64,000 nucleotides of DNA from Escherichia coli (GCF_050320075.1 NZ_CP190018.1), one strand, 5' to 3'; shown: positions 52,578 to 63,218, counted from the first letter of the stretch. Made by a program: numbers and translations. The notes: generated by a model from the letters alone, not told the origin.

Positions 52578-52606
52578 TTCCCCCTCATGATGAGGGGGCT
52601 TTTTTT
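52578..52606. terminator. Bidirectional terminator between convergent yehA and rcnB
   Basis: CCCCCTCATGATGAGGGGG hairpin followed by TTTTTTT; T-run overlaps rcnB stop. Confidence 0.6.
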
Positions 52607-52943
52607 AGCGATGATAAAAAATCTCACCGTCGTAGGCTTTAATGATTTTACCGTCGGTGTCGCTGATCAACACGTACGCGCCACCCATATAGGTCCAGTG
52701 CGTCCCGGCATCAGGCGCGGGCAGGTTACGTAACTGCCACTGCTTAATGTTGTACTCATCGGTGCGGTACATCTCTGGGACGGTATCGCCTGGTTTGAAA
52801 TGCTTAAAGTCAGCAATGAAACTGCTTAACTCATACTTAGAAATTCCCGAGGTATTGGTCGAACCCGCGGTGGCTGGTGCGGCCCAGGCGGCACTGGTAA
52901 CCAGCAAAAGCGCACCCAGCAACATCTTATTTTTAATGGTCAT
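52605..52943 (-). CDS. rcnB: Periplasmic Ni/Co homeostasis protein RcnB (YohN)
   Basis: Internal ATG 52941-52943 gives 112-aa MTIKNKMLLGALLLVTSAAWA signal peptide + mature domain. Confidence 0.9.
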   Translation of the reverse strand: MTIKNKMLLGALLLVTSAAWAAPATAGSTNTSGISKYELSSFIADFKHFKPGDTVPEMYRTDEYNIKQWQLRNLPAPDAGTHWTYMGGAYVLISDTDGKIIKAYDGEIFYHR

Positions 52944-53161
52944 AAACTCTCCACTTTGGGGATCTGTAATATCAGTCGCATATCTTTCCTGCCATACAAT
53001 ATAACTGGCAAGCGATATTTTGTTAGTGATCCCATGATTTCGTAAAAAGTGTAAATGAAAGGATGCCCTAAAAGCATCCTTAGCGAGCAGAGAGTCAGCG
53101 GAAATAGCTGATTTAAGAATCATCCTGGGCTGAAGATAACATGCAAGCCTAAAGGATTGAG

Positions 53162-53986
53162 TTATCGCATTATGCCCATGAAGCCATGTACGCCCATATA
53201 CACACCAACTAAGCCAATCAACAGACTGGAAAAATAGGGGGCGCGTTTAGCGAGAGTGTTAAATCCGCTCCAGCGTTTTGCGACCTGCTGAACGCTGATT
53301 GCTGCGCCAACGCCTACGGTGACAAGCGTTAACGCCAGGCCAATGCTGAAACTGACGACCAGTGTTGCGCCCAGTGTCAGGGCTTTCAACTGAATGCATA
53401 TCAACAGCACGGTAATTGCTGCCGGGCAGGGGATAAGGCCACCGGTTAAGCCAAATAGCAAAATTTGCCAGTTGGTGACCTCTCTACCATCAAAGCGTCG
53501 TTTAATGTCATTGGCATGGGCTCGTGCATGGGCATCCTGATACTCGCCATGTTCGTGATGGTGATGATGTCCATGGTCGTGGTGATCTTCGTGATCGTGG
53601 TGATGATGCTCATGATCATGCTCGTGCATATTCTCCAGCCAGTTTCGTTCGCCGCGCCAGGTACGCCAGAACATCCAGAACGCGGTGCCAATAATGATCA
53701 CTGCGGAAATCAACTGGAGCCACGGTTCTGCTGATTGAGCAGTAAAGCGCTTGCTGATCACCATCCCGCCAAAGGCAATCAACCAGACCACTGCGGTATG
53801 CGAAATGGTTGCTGCCAGTCCGAGCATCACCGCCTGTTTAATGGTGCCTTTGATGGCGATGATAAACGCCGCCATCATCGTTTTTGAGTGCCCTGGTTCC
53901 AGGCCATGAAGCGCACCAAGTAAGATGGCGCTGGGGATGAAGAACCAGGCGTTTCCTTGCTGAAGAAGAGTTGTAAATTCGGTCAT
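53162..53986 (-). CDS. rcnA: Nickel/cobalt efflux transporter RcnA
   Basis: 274-aa membrane protein with His-rich loop HEHDHEHHHHDHEDHHDHGHHHHHEH. Confidence 0.9.
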   Translation of the reverse strand: MTEFTTLLQQGNAWFFIPSAILLGALHGLEPGHSKTMMAAFIIAIKGTIKQAVMLGLAATISHTAVVWLIAFGGMVISKRFTAQSAEPWLQLISAVIIIGTAFWMFWRTWRGERNWLENMHEHDHEHHHHDHEDHHDHGHHHHHEHGEYQDAHARAHANDIKRRFDGREVTNWQILLFGLTGGLIPCPAAITVLLICIQLKALTLGATLVVSFSIGLALTLVTVGVGAAISVQQVAKRWSGFNTLAKRAPYFSSLLIGLVGVYMGVHGFMGIMR

Positions 53987-54023
53987 GATAATAATTCTTA
54001 GTATTAATTTGGCAATCTGATTC

Positions 54024-54038
54024 TACTCCCCCCCAGTA
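54024..54038. promoter_or_regulatory. RcnR operator site 1 (TACT-C7-AGTA, i.e. TACT-G7-AGTA on opposite strand)
   Basis: Matches known RcnR TACT-G6-N-AGTA recognition pattern in rcnA-rcnR divergent intergenic region. Confidence 0.6.
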
Positions 54039-54043
54039 CCTGA

Positions 54044-54058
54044 TACTACCCCCCAGTA
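54044..54058. promoter_or_regulatory. RcnR operator site 2 (TACT-A-C6-AGTA)
   Basis: Second copy 5 bp from site 1. Confidence 0.6.
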
Positions 54059-54106
54059 GATTAATAGTGCTATGATTTTTCATATTCTTATTAACCAGGT
54101 GTTGCC

Positions 54107-54379
54107 ATGTCTCATACCATCCGTGATAAACAGAAACTGAAAGCGCGTGCCAGTAAGATTCAGGGCCAGGTCGTGGCGCTCAAGAAAATGCTCGACGAGC
54201 CGCACGAATGTGCTGCAGTTTTACAACAGATTGCTGCTATCCGTGGCGCGGTAAACGGTCTGATGCGGGAAGTGATTAAAGGTCATCTGACGGAACACAT
54301 CGTTCACCAGGGGGATGAGCTAAAACGTGAAGAAGATCTGGATGTCGTTCTGAAGGTGCTGGATTCTTATATCAAATAA
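54107..54379 (+). CDS. rcnR: Ni/Co-responsive repressor RcnR (CsoR/RcnR family)
   Basis: 90-aa [48 protein letters not shown]... Confidence 0.9.
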
Positions 54380-54469
54380 TTTATTAACGCGATTGTAAAA
54401 CTGCGGTTTTTACTCGTTTACAACGCGTGCGCTGGACATTACCATCCTCCTCTGCGATTTATCATCGCA

Positions 54470-54600
54470 ATCAAACGACTCGGGGTGCCCTTCTGCGTGA
54501 AGGCTGAGAAATACCCGTATCACCTGATCTGGATAATGCCAGCGTAGGGAAGTCACGGACCACCAGGTCATTGCTTCTTCACGTTATGGCAGGAGCAAAC
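54470..54600 (+). promoter_or_regulatory. TPP (thiamine pyrophosphate) riboswitch, thiM leader
   Basis: Conserved THI-box elements GGGGTGCCC...CTGAGA...ACCTGATCTGGATAATGCCAGCGTAGGGAA immediately upstream of thiM RBS. Confidence 0.8.
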
Positions 54601-54601
54601 T

Positions 54602-55390
54602 ATGCAAGTCGACCTGCTGAGTTCCGCGCAATCTGCGCACGCGTTACATCTTTTTCACCAACATTCCCCTCTTGTGCACTGCATGACCAACGATGTGGTG
54701 CAAACCTTTACTGCCAATACCTTGCTGGCGCTCGGTGCATCCCCAGCGATGGTTATCGAAACCGAAGAGGCCAGTCAGTTTGCGGCTATCGCCAGTGCGT
54801 TGCTGATTAACGTTGGCACGCTGACGCAGCCACGCGCACAGGCGATGCGTGCCGCCATTGAACAGGCAAAACGCTCTCAAACACCCTGGACGCTTGATCC
54901 AGTAGCGGTGGGTGCACTCGATTATCGCCGCCGTTTTTGTCTGGAACTTCTGTCTCATAAGCCAACCGCCATACGTGGTAATGCTTCGGAAATCATGGCA
55001 TTAGCTGGCGTTGCTAATGGTGGACGGGGAGTGGATACCACTGACGCCGCAGCTAATGCGATACCCGCTGCACAAACACTGGCACGGGAAACTGGCGCAA
55101 TCGTCGTGGTCACTGGCGAGATGGATTATGTTACCGATGGACATCGTATCATTGGTATTCACGGTGGCGATCCGTTAATGACCAAAGTGGTAGGAACTGG
55201 CTGTGCATTATCGGCGGTTGTCGCTGCCTGTTGTGCGCTACCAGGCGATACGCTGGAAAATATCGCATCTGCCTGTCACTGGATGAAACAAGCCGGAGAA
55301 CGCGCAGTCGCCAGTAGCGAGGGGCCAGGCAGTTTTGTTCCACATTTCCTTGATGCGCTCTGGCAATTGACGCCGGAGGTGCAGGCATGA
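54602..55390 (+). CDS. thiM: Hydroxyethylthiazole kinase
   Basis: 262-aa [50 protein letters not shown]... Confidence 0.95.
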   Translation: MQVDLLSSAQSAHALHLFHQHSPLVHCMTNDVVQTFTANTLLALGASPAMVIETEEASQFAAIASALLINVGTLTQPRAQAMRAAIEQAKRSQTPWTLDPVAVGALDYRRRFCLELLSHKPTAIRGNASEIMALAGVANGGRGVDTTDAAANAIPAAQTLARETGAIVVVTGEMDYVTDGHRIIGIHGGDPLMTKVVGTGCALSAVVAACCALPGDTLENIASACHWMKQAGERAVASSEGPGSFVPHFLDALWQLTPEVQA

Positions 55391-56187
55391 AACGAATTAA
55401 CGCTCTGACGATTGCCGGTACTGATCCGAGTGGTGGTGCGGGGATTCAGGCCGATCTTAAAACCTTCTCGGCACTTGGCGCTTATGGTTGCTCAGTGATT
55501 ACTGCACTGGTGGCGCAAAATACCCGTGGCGTACAGTCGGTGTATCGCATTGAGCCTGATTTTGTCGCTGCCCAGCTCGATTCGGTGTTCAGCGATGTGC
55601 GAATCGACACCACTAAAATCGGTATGTTGGCGGAAACCGATATTGTTGAAGCGGTGGCAGAACGGTTGCAACGTTATCAGATCCAAAACGTGGTACTCGA
55701 CACCGTTATGCTGGCAAAAAGCGGCGACCCGCTGCTTTCACCTTCGGCGGTTGCTACGCTGCGCAGTCGATTATTGCCACAGGTTTCATTAATAACGCCA
55801 AACTTGCCCGAAGCTGCTGCCTTGCTCGACGCGCCACACGCGCGCACCGAACAGGAAATGCTGGAACAAGGGCGATCGCTGTTGGCGATGGGCTGTGGCG
55901 CAGTGCTAATGAAAGGTGGTCATCTGGATGATGAGCAAAGCCCTGACTGGCTGTTTACTCGTGAGGGGGAACAACGATTTACTGCACCGCGCATTATGAC
56001 CCAAAACACCCACGGCACTGGTTGTACGCTCTCTGCGGCGTTGGCTGCACTACGCCCGCGCCATACAAACTGGGCTGACACCGTACAGGAGGCAAAAAGC
56101 TGGCTTTCATCGGCGTTAGCCCAGGCCGACACGCTGGAAGTTGGTCACGGTATTGGTCCGGTTCACCACTTCCACGCCTGGTGGTGA
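55387..56187 (+). CDS. thiD: Hydroxymethylpyrimidine/phosphomethylpyrimidine kinase
   Basis: 266-aa [34 protein letters not shown]...; overlaps thiM stop by 4 bp. Confidence 0.95.
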   Translation: MKRINALTIAGTDPSGGAGIQADLKTFSALGAYGCSVITALVAQNTRGVQSVYRIEPDFVAAQLDSVFSDVRIDTTKIGMLAETDIVEAVAERLQRYQIQNVVLDTVMLAKSGDPLLSPSAVATLRSRLLPQVSLITPNLPEAAALLDAPHARTEQEMLEQGRSLLAMGCGAVLMKGGHLDDEQSPDWLFTREGEQRFTAPRIMTQNTHGTGCTLSAALAALRPRHTNWADTVQEAKSWLSSALAQADTLEVGHGIGPVHHFHAWW

Positions 56188-56242
56188 GCACCGTACTATA
56201 GCTGCTTTGGTTATTGTCAGCCTTTGGCACTGACATTCAGGG

Positions 56243-57070
56243 ATGAAACCAATGCAGCTAAGAATCACCAGTCGAAAAAAACTCACCGCTTTATTATGCG
56301 CTCTTGGGCTAATTTCCATCGTTGCGATTCATCCGCGTCAGACGGTGAATTTTTTCTATTCGACAGCAATTCAGATTAAAGACTACATCCACTTCTACGG
56401 TTATCGCCCGGTTAAATCTTTCGCTATTCGCATTCCTGCCAGTTACACCATTCACGGAATAGATGTTTCGCGCTGGCAGGAGCGAATCGACTGGCAGCGG
56501 GTGGCAAAAATGCGCGATAACGGTATTCGCTTGCAATTTGCCTTTATCAAGGCGACGGAAGGCGAAAAGCTGGTGGACCCCTATTTTTCGCGTAACTGGC
56601 AACTAAGCCGCGAAAATGGCCTGCTGCGCGGGGCGTATCATTATTTTTCCCCGTCGGTATCCGCTTCAGTTCAGGCGAGATTATTTCTGCAAACGGTGGA
56701 TTTCTCACAAGGCGATTTCCCTGCCGTGCTGGACGTAGAAGAACGGGGAAAATTATCGGCAAAAGAATTACGCAAGCGGGTAAGTCAGTGGCTAAAAATG
56801 GTCGAAAAAAGTACGGGGAAAAAGCCGATTATTTACTCAGGAGCCGTTTTTTATCACACGAATCTGGCGGGCTATTTCAATGAATATCCGTGGTGGGTGG
56901 CTCATTACTATCAACGTCGTCCGGACAATGACGGAATGGCCTGGCGCTTCTGGCAGCATTCCGACCGTGGACAGGTAGATGGCATCAATGGTCCGGTGGA
57001 TTTTAATGTATTTAATGGCACGGTGGAGGAGTTGCAGGCATTCGTTGATGGGATTAAAGAAACGCCTTAA
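56243..57070 (+). CDS. yegX: GH25 lysozyme-family protein YegX (start could be ATG 56243 or 56252)
   Basis: 275-aa ORF with N-terminal hydrophobic segment and GH25-like IHGIDVSRWQERIDW...AFIKATEG motifs. Confidence 0.85.
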   Translation: MKPMQLRITSRKKLTALLCALGLISIVAIHPRQTVNFFYSTAIQIKDYIHFYGYRPVKSFAIRIPASYTIHGIDVSRWQERIDWQRVAKMRDNGIRLQFAFIKATEGEKLVDPYFSRNWQLSRENGLLRGAYHYFSPSVSASVQARLFLQTVDFSQGDFPAVLDVEERGKLSAKELRKRVSQWLKMVEKSTGKKPIIYSGAVFYHTNLAGYFNEYPWWVAHYYQRRPDNDGMAWRFWQHSDRGQVDGINGPVDFNVFNGTVEELQAFVDGIKETP

Positions 57071-57121
57071 ATAAGAAGCAGTGATATACTCCCACCAGAC
57101 TCCCTGGCAGGAAAAAGACAA

Positions 57122-57868
57122 ATGGAACAAGCGCATACCCAGCTGATTGCCCAACTGAACGAACGTATTTTAGCGGCGGATAACACGCCGCTTTATATTA
57201 AGTTTGCCGAAACGGTAAAAAATGCCGTGCGCAGCGGGGTGCTGGAGCATGGCAATATTTTGCCCGGTGAGCGTGATTTAAGTCAGTTAACCGGCGTTTC
57301 GCGCATTACGGTGCGCAAGGCGATGCAGGCGCTGGAAGAAGAGGGCGTGGTGACGCGTTCGCGTGGTTACGGTACGCAGATCAACAACATCTTCGAATAC
57401 TCGTTGAAAGAAGCGCGAGGTTTTTCTCAGCAGGTGGTATTGCGCGGGAAAAAGCCCGATACACTATGGGTTAACAAGCGTGTCGTGAAATGTCCCGAAG
57501 AAGTCGCGCAGCAGCTAGCGGTCGAAGCAGGAAGTAATGTCTTTTTGCTTAAGCGTATTCGCTATGTCGATGAAGAAGCGGTATCAATTGAGGAATCGTG
57601 GGTTCCTGCGCATTTAATTCATGATGTTGATGCCATCGGAATTTCTCTTTATGACTACTTCCGCAGCCAGCACATTTACCCACAACGTACGCGTTCCCGC
57701 GTTAGCGCCCGGATGCCGGATGCCGAGTTTCAGTCACATATTCAGTTAGATAGCAAAATACCGGTGCTGGTGATCAAGCAAGTGGCGCTTGACCAACAGC
57801 AACGGCCTATTGAGTACAGCATCAGCCACTGTCGCAGCGATCTATACGTTTTTGTGTGCGAGGAGTAG
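57122..57868 (+). CDS. yegW: GntR/HutC-family transcriptional regulator YegW
   Basis: HTH ILPGERDLSQLTGVSRITVRKAMQAL plus UTRA effector domain. Confidence 0.9.
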   Translation: MEQAHTQLIAQLNERILAADNTPLYIKFAETVKNAVRSGVLEHGNILPGERDLSQLTGVSRITVRKAMQALEEEGVVTRSRGYGTQINNIFEYSLKEARGFSQQVVLRGKKPDTLWVNKRVVKCPEEVAQQLAVEAGSNVFLLKRIRYVDEEAVSIEESWVPAHLIHDVDAIGISLYDYFRSQHIYPQRTRSRVSARMPDAEFQSHIQLDSKIPVLVIKQVALDQQQRPIEYSISHCRSDLYVFVCEE

Positions 57869-58807
57869 TTCCTCGCGCGTTGGCGCACAATCACCGCCCC
57901 GATGCCCGACAACCCACGACGCCACTGCATTGCCCAGTAATACGGCATCCGCCAGTGGCAGACCAGAGGCTAGCCCGGCAAGTACGCCACCTGCATGACT
58001 GTCGCCCGCCCCAATGGTGTCTACTACTTGCGTTGGAAATGCCGGAATGCAGCCAGAAGCGTCGTTGCTGAAATACCATGCGCCCTCTTTATCGAGACGA
58101 ATGATCAACGGCGCGGCAAATTTCTCCTGCCATTGCTTGCCAAGTGTTGTTATCTCTGCGGATAAAGCAAAACGTTCGGCGGCAATCTCAGCCTCCTGAC
58201 GATTGAGTGACACTAAAGGTCGACAGGCCATGATCCGCGCCAGCAATGCATCCGGGATATCGCCAATACGTGGGCCAAAATCGATAAACGGCGTCACGTC
58301 TTGCAGCTTTTCCAGCCATTCCACTAATAATTCGCCGCAGGGCGAGGCCAGTTGATAACCGGAAAAATAGAGCAGGCTGCCAGGCGCAACGGTTAATCGC
58401 GCCAGCCACTGGCGATTCCACTGATTTTCCACACCGCTGAATGACATAAAAGTGCGTTCGCCATCCGGCTCAACCAGCGCCAGACACCAGCCGTTATCAC
58501 CTTCGGCGTTATCGATCAGGCTGATTAAGCCCTCTTTTGCCATCCGGTTGCGAATAATCTCCGCCCACACGCCCTGACCGAGCGGCAAGGCGTTACCCGC
58601 TTCGATGCCGAGGCGCTTTAACGCCACGGCAATATTCAGTGCGCAGCCGCCAACGTTAACGCTCTGCTGTTTCAGTTCGATATCGCACCCACGCCAGGGG
58701 AGGGCATAAGCGTCGGCGATCACATCAATGACCGCCGCGCCAATCACCATAACTGGCTGACGCGTGGTTAATTCAGGCAGCAGCGTGTGTAATCGAGCGC
58801 CGCTCAT
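57842..58807 (-). CDS. yegV: PfkB-family sugar/nucleoside kinase YegV
   Basis: 321-aa MSGARLHTLLPELTTRQPVMVIGAAVIDV...; DTIGAGD motif; 3' end overlaps yegW 3' end by 27 bp. Confidence 0.9.
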   Translation of the reverse strand: MSGARLHTLLPELTTRQPVMVIGAAVIDVIADAYALPWRGCDIELKQQSVNVGGCALNIAVALKRLGIEAGNALPLGQGVWAEIIRNRMAKEGLISLIDNAEGDNGWCLALVEPDGERTFMSFSGVENQWNRQWLARLTVAPGSLLYFSGYQLASPCGELLVEWLEKLQDVTPFIDFGPRIGDIPDALLARIMACRPLVSLNRQEAEIAAERFALSAEITTLGKQWQEKFAAPLIIRLDKEGAWYFSNDASGCIPAFPTQVVDTIGAGDSHAGGVLAGLASGLPLADAVLLGNAVASWVVGHRGGDCAPTREELLLAHKNV

Positions 58808-59808
58808 ACCGCCTCCCGTTGTTGACGATATTTCGCCAGCGCTGTGGCATAGCGGTTGAAATCAAGCTGATTTACCGCATCCAGCTCCGCCTTTAACGCA
58901 GGATCGATAGCGTTAATGCCATGCAACGCGCCGCAGATTGCCGTCGCCATAGCACCGATGGTGTCTGTATCGCCGCCAAGGTTAGCGCAGAGGACGGCGC
59001 AACGGTTCGGATCGGTTTGTGCCAGTTCAACCAGCGCAATGGCGCACGGAACGGACTCAATAGTGCTGGTACCTGCGCCAACGACCTGGTAAAGCTGTTC
59101 GCTGGCGGATTCGGTGCCGTCGGCATTGCGCACAATTTTCAGCGCAATCTCCAGCCGCGCCGCCAGTGAGGCGCTGAAGGTGGTGATGCGTTTTTGCTGT
59201 GCATGTCGCGCAATCGAGGGTAGAGAATCAACAATCGCTGACCAGCTTTCTCCGTCAATGGCACGGGAAATCGCCCATGCGATGACTACCGCACCTGCAA
59301 CCGCCAGATCGGATTTATGGGTCGGGCTGGACGCCAGCGCCACATCATCAATAAAGGAATCAACATCGCGCGCCGGAAGCAAACAACCTAATGGCGAGAC
59401 GCGCATCGCTGCGCCGTTGGTCACGCCATTGTTTTCCAGTTCAGCAACGGGTTTACCGTCGCGAATGGCGTTAAGCGCAATCTTCGAGGTCGGACCTAGT
59501 ACGTTTTTGTTAAAGGCGTCGAAACGCAGCGCCCAGTCGAGAATATTACGCCCAATCAGATCCGGATCGATCTTGCCTTTACGTTCCAGTAACGCATCCG
59601 CCAGACACAGCGCCATCGAGGTATCGTCGGTGAATTCGGCGCGGTTAAAATAACAGGCCGCGTTATTCTCCTTTGGTCCAGGCAGAAAACGGTCAATACA
59701 GCCAAAGTGTGCTTTAACGCGGCTGCGTGGCCAAAGCTCGGAGGGCATCCCCATCGCATCCCCTAACGCCTGCCCATAAAGAGCACCGAGAATACGTTCT
59801 GTTTTCAT
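58804..59808 (-). CDS. yegU: ADP-ribosylglycohydrolase-family protein YegU
   Basis: 334-aa MKTERILGALYGQALGDAMGMPSELW... (ARH N-terminal motif); 4-bp overlaps with neighbours. Confidence 0.9.
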   Translation of the reverse strand: MKTERILGALYGQALGDAMGMPSELWPRSRVKAHFGCIDRFLPGPKENNAACYFNRAEFTDDTSMALCLADALLERKGKIDPDLIGRNILDWALRFDAFNKNVLGPTSKIALNAIRDGKPVAELENNGVTNGAAMRVSPLGCLLPARDVDSFIDDVALASSPTHKSDLAVAGAVVIAWAISRAIDGESWSAIVDSLPSIARHAQQKRITTFSASLAARLEIALKIVRNADGTESASEQLYQVVGAGTSTIESVPCAIALVELAQTDPNRCAVLCANLGGDTDTIGAMATAICGALHGINAIDPALKAELDAVNQLDFNRYATALAKYRQQREAV

Positions 59809-61082
59809 TTAACTTCCCCTTGTGTCAACGCAATATCGCGATCATCGACCTTGATAGCCGTAATTTCGTTGTCGGATTCGCGGAAAAAAATCATGAACAG
59901 CACGGCGATAATGGCAATCATCACCGCGCCAAAAGTCCACATCCCGGCCCAGTTGAAAGTCAGTCCGTTTACCGGTTCCTGATAAGCGAACATCTTTTCC
60001 ATCATCACACCGCCAAGACGATAGCCGAGCAAACTGCCGAAGCCCTGGCAGCAGAGCGTGATCAGCCCCTGCGCGGCGGTACGCATATGCACGGGGGCTT
60101 TTTTATCGACATAGATGTAAGCGGTAACGTAGTAAAAATCGTAACTTACGCCGTGAAGCAAAATGCCGAGGAACAGTAACGCGTAGGTGAAATATTCATC
60201 CGCACTACCGTAAATAAAGAAGCCATAGCGGATCGCAGCGGTGACCAGACCAAGTAATAATACCTTTTTGATACCAAAGCGTTTGGTAAAAAACGGCAAT
60301 GCCAGCATAAAGAAGATTTCAGAGAACTGGCCGAGCGTCATCCAGCCAGTGGCGTTTTTCATGCCAACTTCGGTCAGATAACCGTTGGCAAAGATGTAAT
60401 AGAACGCCAGTGGCATCGCAAACAGAAATGAACAGAAGAAAAAGACGAGGAAGTTTTTATCGCGCAGCAGGATCAGCGCATCCAGGCCGAGCATGACTTT
60501 AATGTCCATTTTGCCGGTGCTTTTTGGCGGCGTGTCGGGCAGGAAAAACGCAAACACACCGAGCAGAGCAGAACTTCCGGCGGTAATCAGCAGCGGGATG
60601 TTAGTCGGAGAGATATCGGCATAACCCAGCATTTGCGGCAAAAATCCACATGCCAGACCGGAGGCAATCCAGCCGATAGTGCCCATCACACGAATGCGTG
60701 GGAAATCACGCTCCACATCCGGCACGTTGGCAAAAGCGATACTGTTAGTCAGCGCAATGGTCGGCATATAGGTTAGCGAGTAGGCCAGCAGTAACGGGAA
60801 GAACCCGGCAAAAGTGGTCTGTTGCGCAGCGAAATACATCAGCGCCGCACCAGCGAACATCAATACCGCCAGCACTTTCTGCGCCGAGAAAAAGCGGTCA
60901 GTGATGGAGCCAACCAGAATTGGCGACAGGATCGCCGCAATGGCGGTACAGGCATACGACCAGCCAATTTCTCCGGCACTAAAACCGCTTTTACTTAACC
61001 ACAACCACAATGGCACAAACCACGCGCCCCAGATAAACCATTCAACAAACATCATGAACGACAGCTTTGCTGTTGTTTTCAT
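59805..61082 (-). CDS. yegT: MFS nucleoside:H+ symporter-family transporter YegT
   Basis: 425-aa 12-TM protein MKTTAKLSFMMFVEWFIWGAWFVPLWLWL... Confidence 0.9.
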   Translation of the reverse strand: MKTTAKLSFMMFVEWFIWGAWFVPLWLWLSKSGFSAGEIGWSYACTAIAAILSPILVGSITDRFFSAQKVLAVLMFAGAALMYFAAQQTTFAGFFPLLLAYSLTYMPTIALTNSIAFANVPDVERDFPRIRVMGTIGWIASGLACGFLPQMLGYADISPTNIPLLITAGSSALLGVFAFFLPDTPPKSTGKMDIKVMLGLDALILLRDKNFLVFFFCSFLFAMPLAFYYIFANGYLTEVGMKNATGWMTLGQFSEIFFMLALPFFTKRFGIKKVLLLGLVTAAIRYGFFIYGSADEYFTYALLFLGILLHGVSYDFYYVTAYIYVDKKAPVHMRTAAQGLITLCCQGFGSLLGYRLGGVMMEKMFAYQEPVNGLTFNWAGMWTFGAVMIAIIAVLFMIFFRESDNEITAIKVDDRDIALTQGEVK

Positions 61083-61337
61083 CTTTTAATTCCTTCATGA
61101 CAGGTAATGTAAGGTACGCGATGACAATACCATTTAATAATACCTTTTAAATACCTTTGCGGTGAAAACTTGACCGCGATAACATTTTTTCTGATGAATC
61201 GAGCCAACAGAAAACGCTGAAAAACATCCAAAAGATGGAAAAACTCGCCTGTAACGACCAGGATTATGATTGCCCGCAAAAGGCGGGCCAGGACAATCCA
61301 TAGCCGATATCCAATCGGAATTTACGGGAGCATAGTA

Positions 61338-62390
61338 ATGACAGATATTGCGCAGTTGCTTGGCAAAGACGCCGACAACCTTTTACAGCACCGTTGTATG
61401 ACTATTCCTTCTGACCAGCTTTATCTCCCCGGGCATGACTACGTAGACCGCGTGATGATTGACAATAATCGCCCGCCAGCGGTGTTACGTAATATGCAGA
61501 CGTTGTACAACACTGGGCGTCTGGCTGGCACAGGATATCTTTCTATTCTGCCGGTTGACCAGGGCGTTGAGCACTCTGCCGGAGCTTCATTTGCTGCTAA
61601 CCCGCTCTACTTTGACCCGAAAAACATTGTTGAACTGGCGATCGAAGCGGGCTGTAACTGTGTGGCGTCAACTTACGGCGTGCTGGCATCGGTATCGCGG
61701 CGTTACGCGCATCGCATTCCATTCCTCGTCAAACTTAATCACAACGAGACGCTAAGTTACCCGAATACCTACGATCAAACGCTGTATGCAAGCGTGGAGC
61801 AGGCCTTCAACATGGGCGCGGTGGCGGTTGGTGCGACTATCTATTTTGGTTCGGAAGAGTCACGTCGCCAGATTGAAGAAATTTCTGCGGCTTTTGAACG
61901 TGCGCACGAGCTGGGCATGGTGACAGTGCTGTGGGCCTATTTGCGTAACTCCGCCTTTAAGAAAGATGGCGTTGATTACCATGTTTCCGCCGACCTGACC
62001 GGTCAGGCAAACCATCTGGCGGCGACCATAGGTGCAGATATCGTTAAACAAAAAATGGCGGAAAATAACGGCGGCTATAAAGCGATTAATTACGGTTATA
62101 CCGACGATCGCGTGTACAGCAAGTTGACCAGCGAAAACCCGATTGATCTGGTGCGTTATCAGTTAGCTAACTGCTATATGGGCCGCGCAGGGTTGATAAA
62201 CTCCGGCGGTGCTGCAGGCGGTGAAACTGACCTCAGCGATGCAGTGCGTACTGCGGTTATCAACAAACGCGCTGGCGGAATGGGGCTGATTCTTGGACGT
62301 AAGGCGTTCAAGAAATCGATGGCTGACGGCGTGAAACTGATTAACGCCGTGCAGGACGTTTATCTCGATAGCAAAATTACTATCGCCTGA
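61338..62390 (+). CDS. fbaB: Class I fructose-bisphosphate aldolase
   Basis: ATG 61338 gives 350-aa [40 protein letters not shown]... Confidence 0.95.
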
Positions 62391-62475
62391 TACGCCTTAT
62401 ACGAACAGCACTACCCCGTATGACGGAAAAGGCGTTTACGTCGCATCCGGCATAAAAACACGCGCACTTTGCTAC

Positions 62476-62503
62476 GGCTTCCCTATCGGGAGGCCGTTTT
62501 TTT
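62476..62503 (+). terminator. Intrinsic terminator of fbaB
   Basis: CGGCTTCCC-TAT-CGGGAGGCCG hairpin followed by TTTTTTT. Confidence 0.5.
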
Positions 62504-62505
62504 GT

Positions 62506-63218
62506 GCACAGAAAACCCCCAGCTAGGCTGGGGGTTCCGGAAAGCTTTCAGCTTTGAGCCAGTTATTCAAACCCCTTTTGATTTGTTAAAACACCTTGCG
62601 GTCTGGCAACTGCAAGTGTCAAACAAGAAATCAAAAGGGGGTCCCAATGGGGGACGAAAAGAGCTTAGCGCACACCCGCTGGAACTGTAAATATCACATA
62701 GTTTTTGCGCCGAAATACCGAAGACTGGCGTTTTACGGAGAGAAGCGTAGGGCGATAGGCAGTATTTTGAGAAAGCTGTGTGAGTGGAAAAGCGTACGGA
62801 TTCTGGAAGCAGAGTGCCGCGCAGATCATATCCATATGCTTGTGGAAATCCCACCCAAAATGAGCGTATCCGGCTTTATGGGATATCTGAAAGGGAAAAG
62901 CAGTCTGATGCTTTACGAGCAGTTTGGGGATTTGAAATTCAAATACAGAAACAGGGAGTTCTGGTGCCGAGGGTACTATGTCGATACGGTGGGTAAGAAC
63001 ACGGCGAAGATACAGGACTACATAAAGCACCAGCTTGAAGAGGATAAAATGGGGGAGCAGTTATCGATTCCATATCCGGGCAGCCCGTTTACGGGCCGTA
63101 AGTAACGAAGTTGAATGCAAATGTCAGATCGTATGCGCCTGTTAGGGCGCGGCTGGTAACAGAGCCTTACAGGCGCATTTGAAAAACCTCCGGCTATGCC
63201 GGAGGATATTTATTGCCT
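62506..63218 (+). mobile_element. IS200-like (IS200/IS605 family) insertion element; ends approximate
   Basis: Single Y1 transposase gene flanked by subterminal hairpins CCCCCAGC-TAG-GCTGGGGG (62516-62534) and CCTCCGGC-TAT-GCCGGAGG (63187-63205); second stem-loop 62571-62642 sequesters tnpA RBS. Confidence 0.7.
62647..63105 (+). CDS. tnpA: IS200 transposase TnpA (HUH Y1 transposase)
   Basis: 152-aa MGDEKSLAHTRWNCKYHIVFAPKYRRLAFYGEKRRAIGSILRKLCEWKSVRILEAECRADHIHMLVEIPP... with HuH motif HIHML and catalytic Tyr region. Confidence 0.9.
   Translation: MGDEKSLAHTRWNCKYHIVFAPKYRRLAFYGEKRRAIGSILRKLCEWKSVRILEAECRADHIHMLVEIPPKMSVSGFMGYLKGKSSLMLYEQFGDLKFKYRNREFWCRGYYVDTVGKNTAKIQDYIKHQLEEDKMGEQLSIPYPGSPFTGRK

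Noticed and set aside
62391-62470. Possible REP element downstream of fbaB (AAGGCGTTTACGTCGCATCCGGCA)
   Set aside because: Only a partial and degenerate match to REP consensus; could not be confirmed by eye
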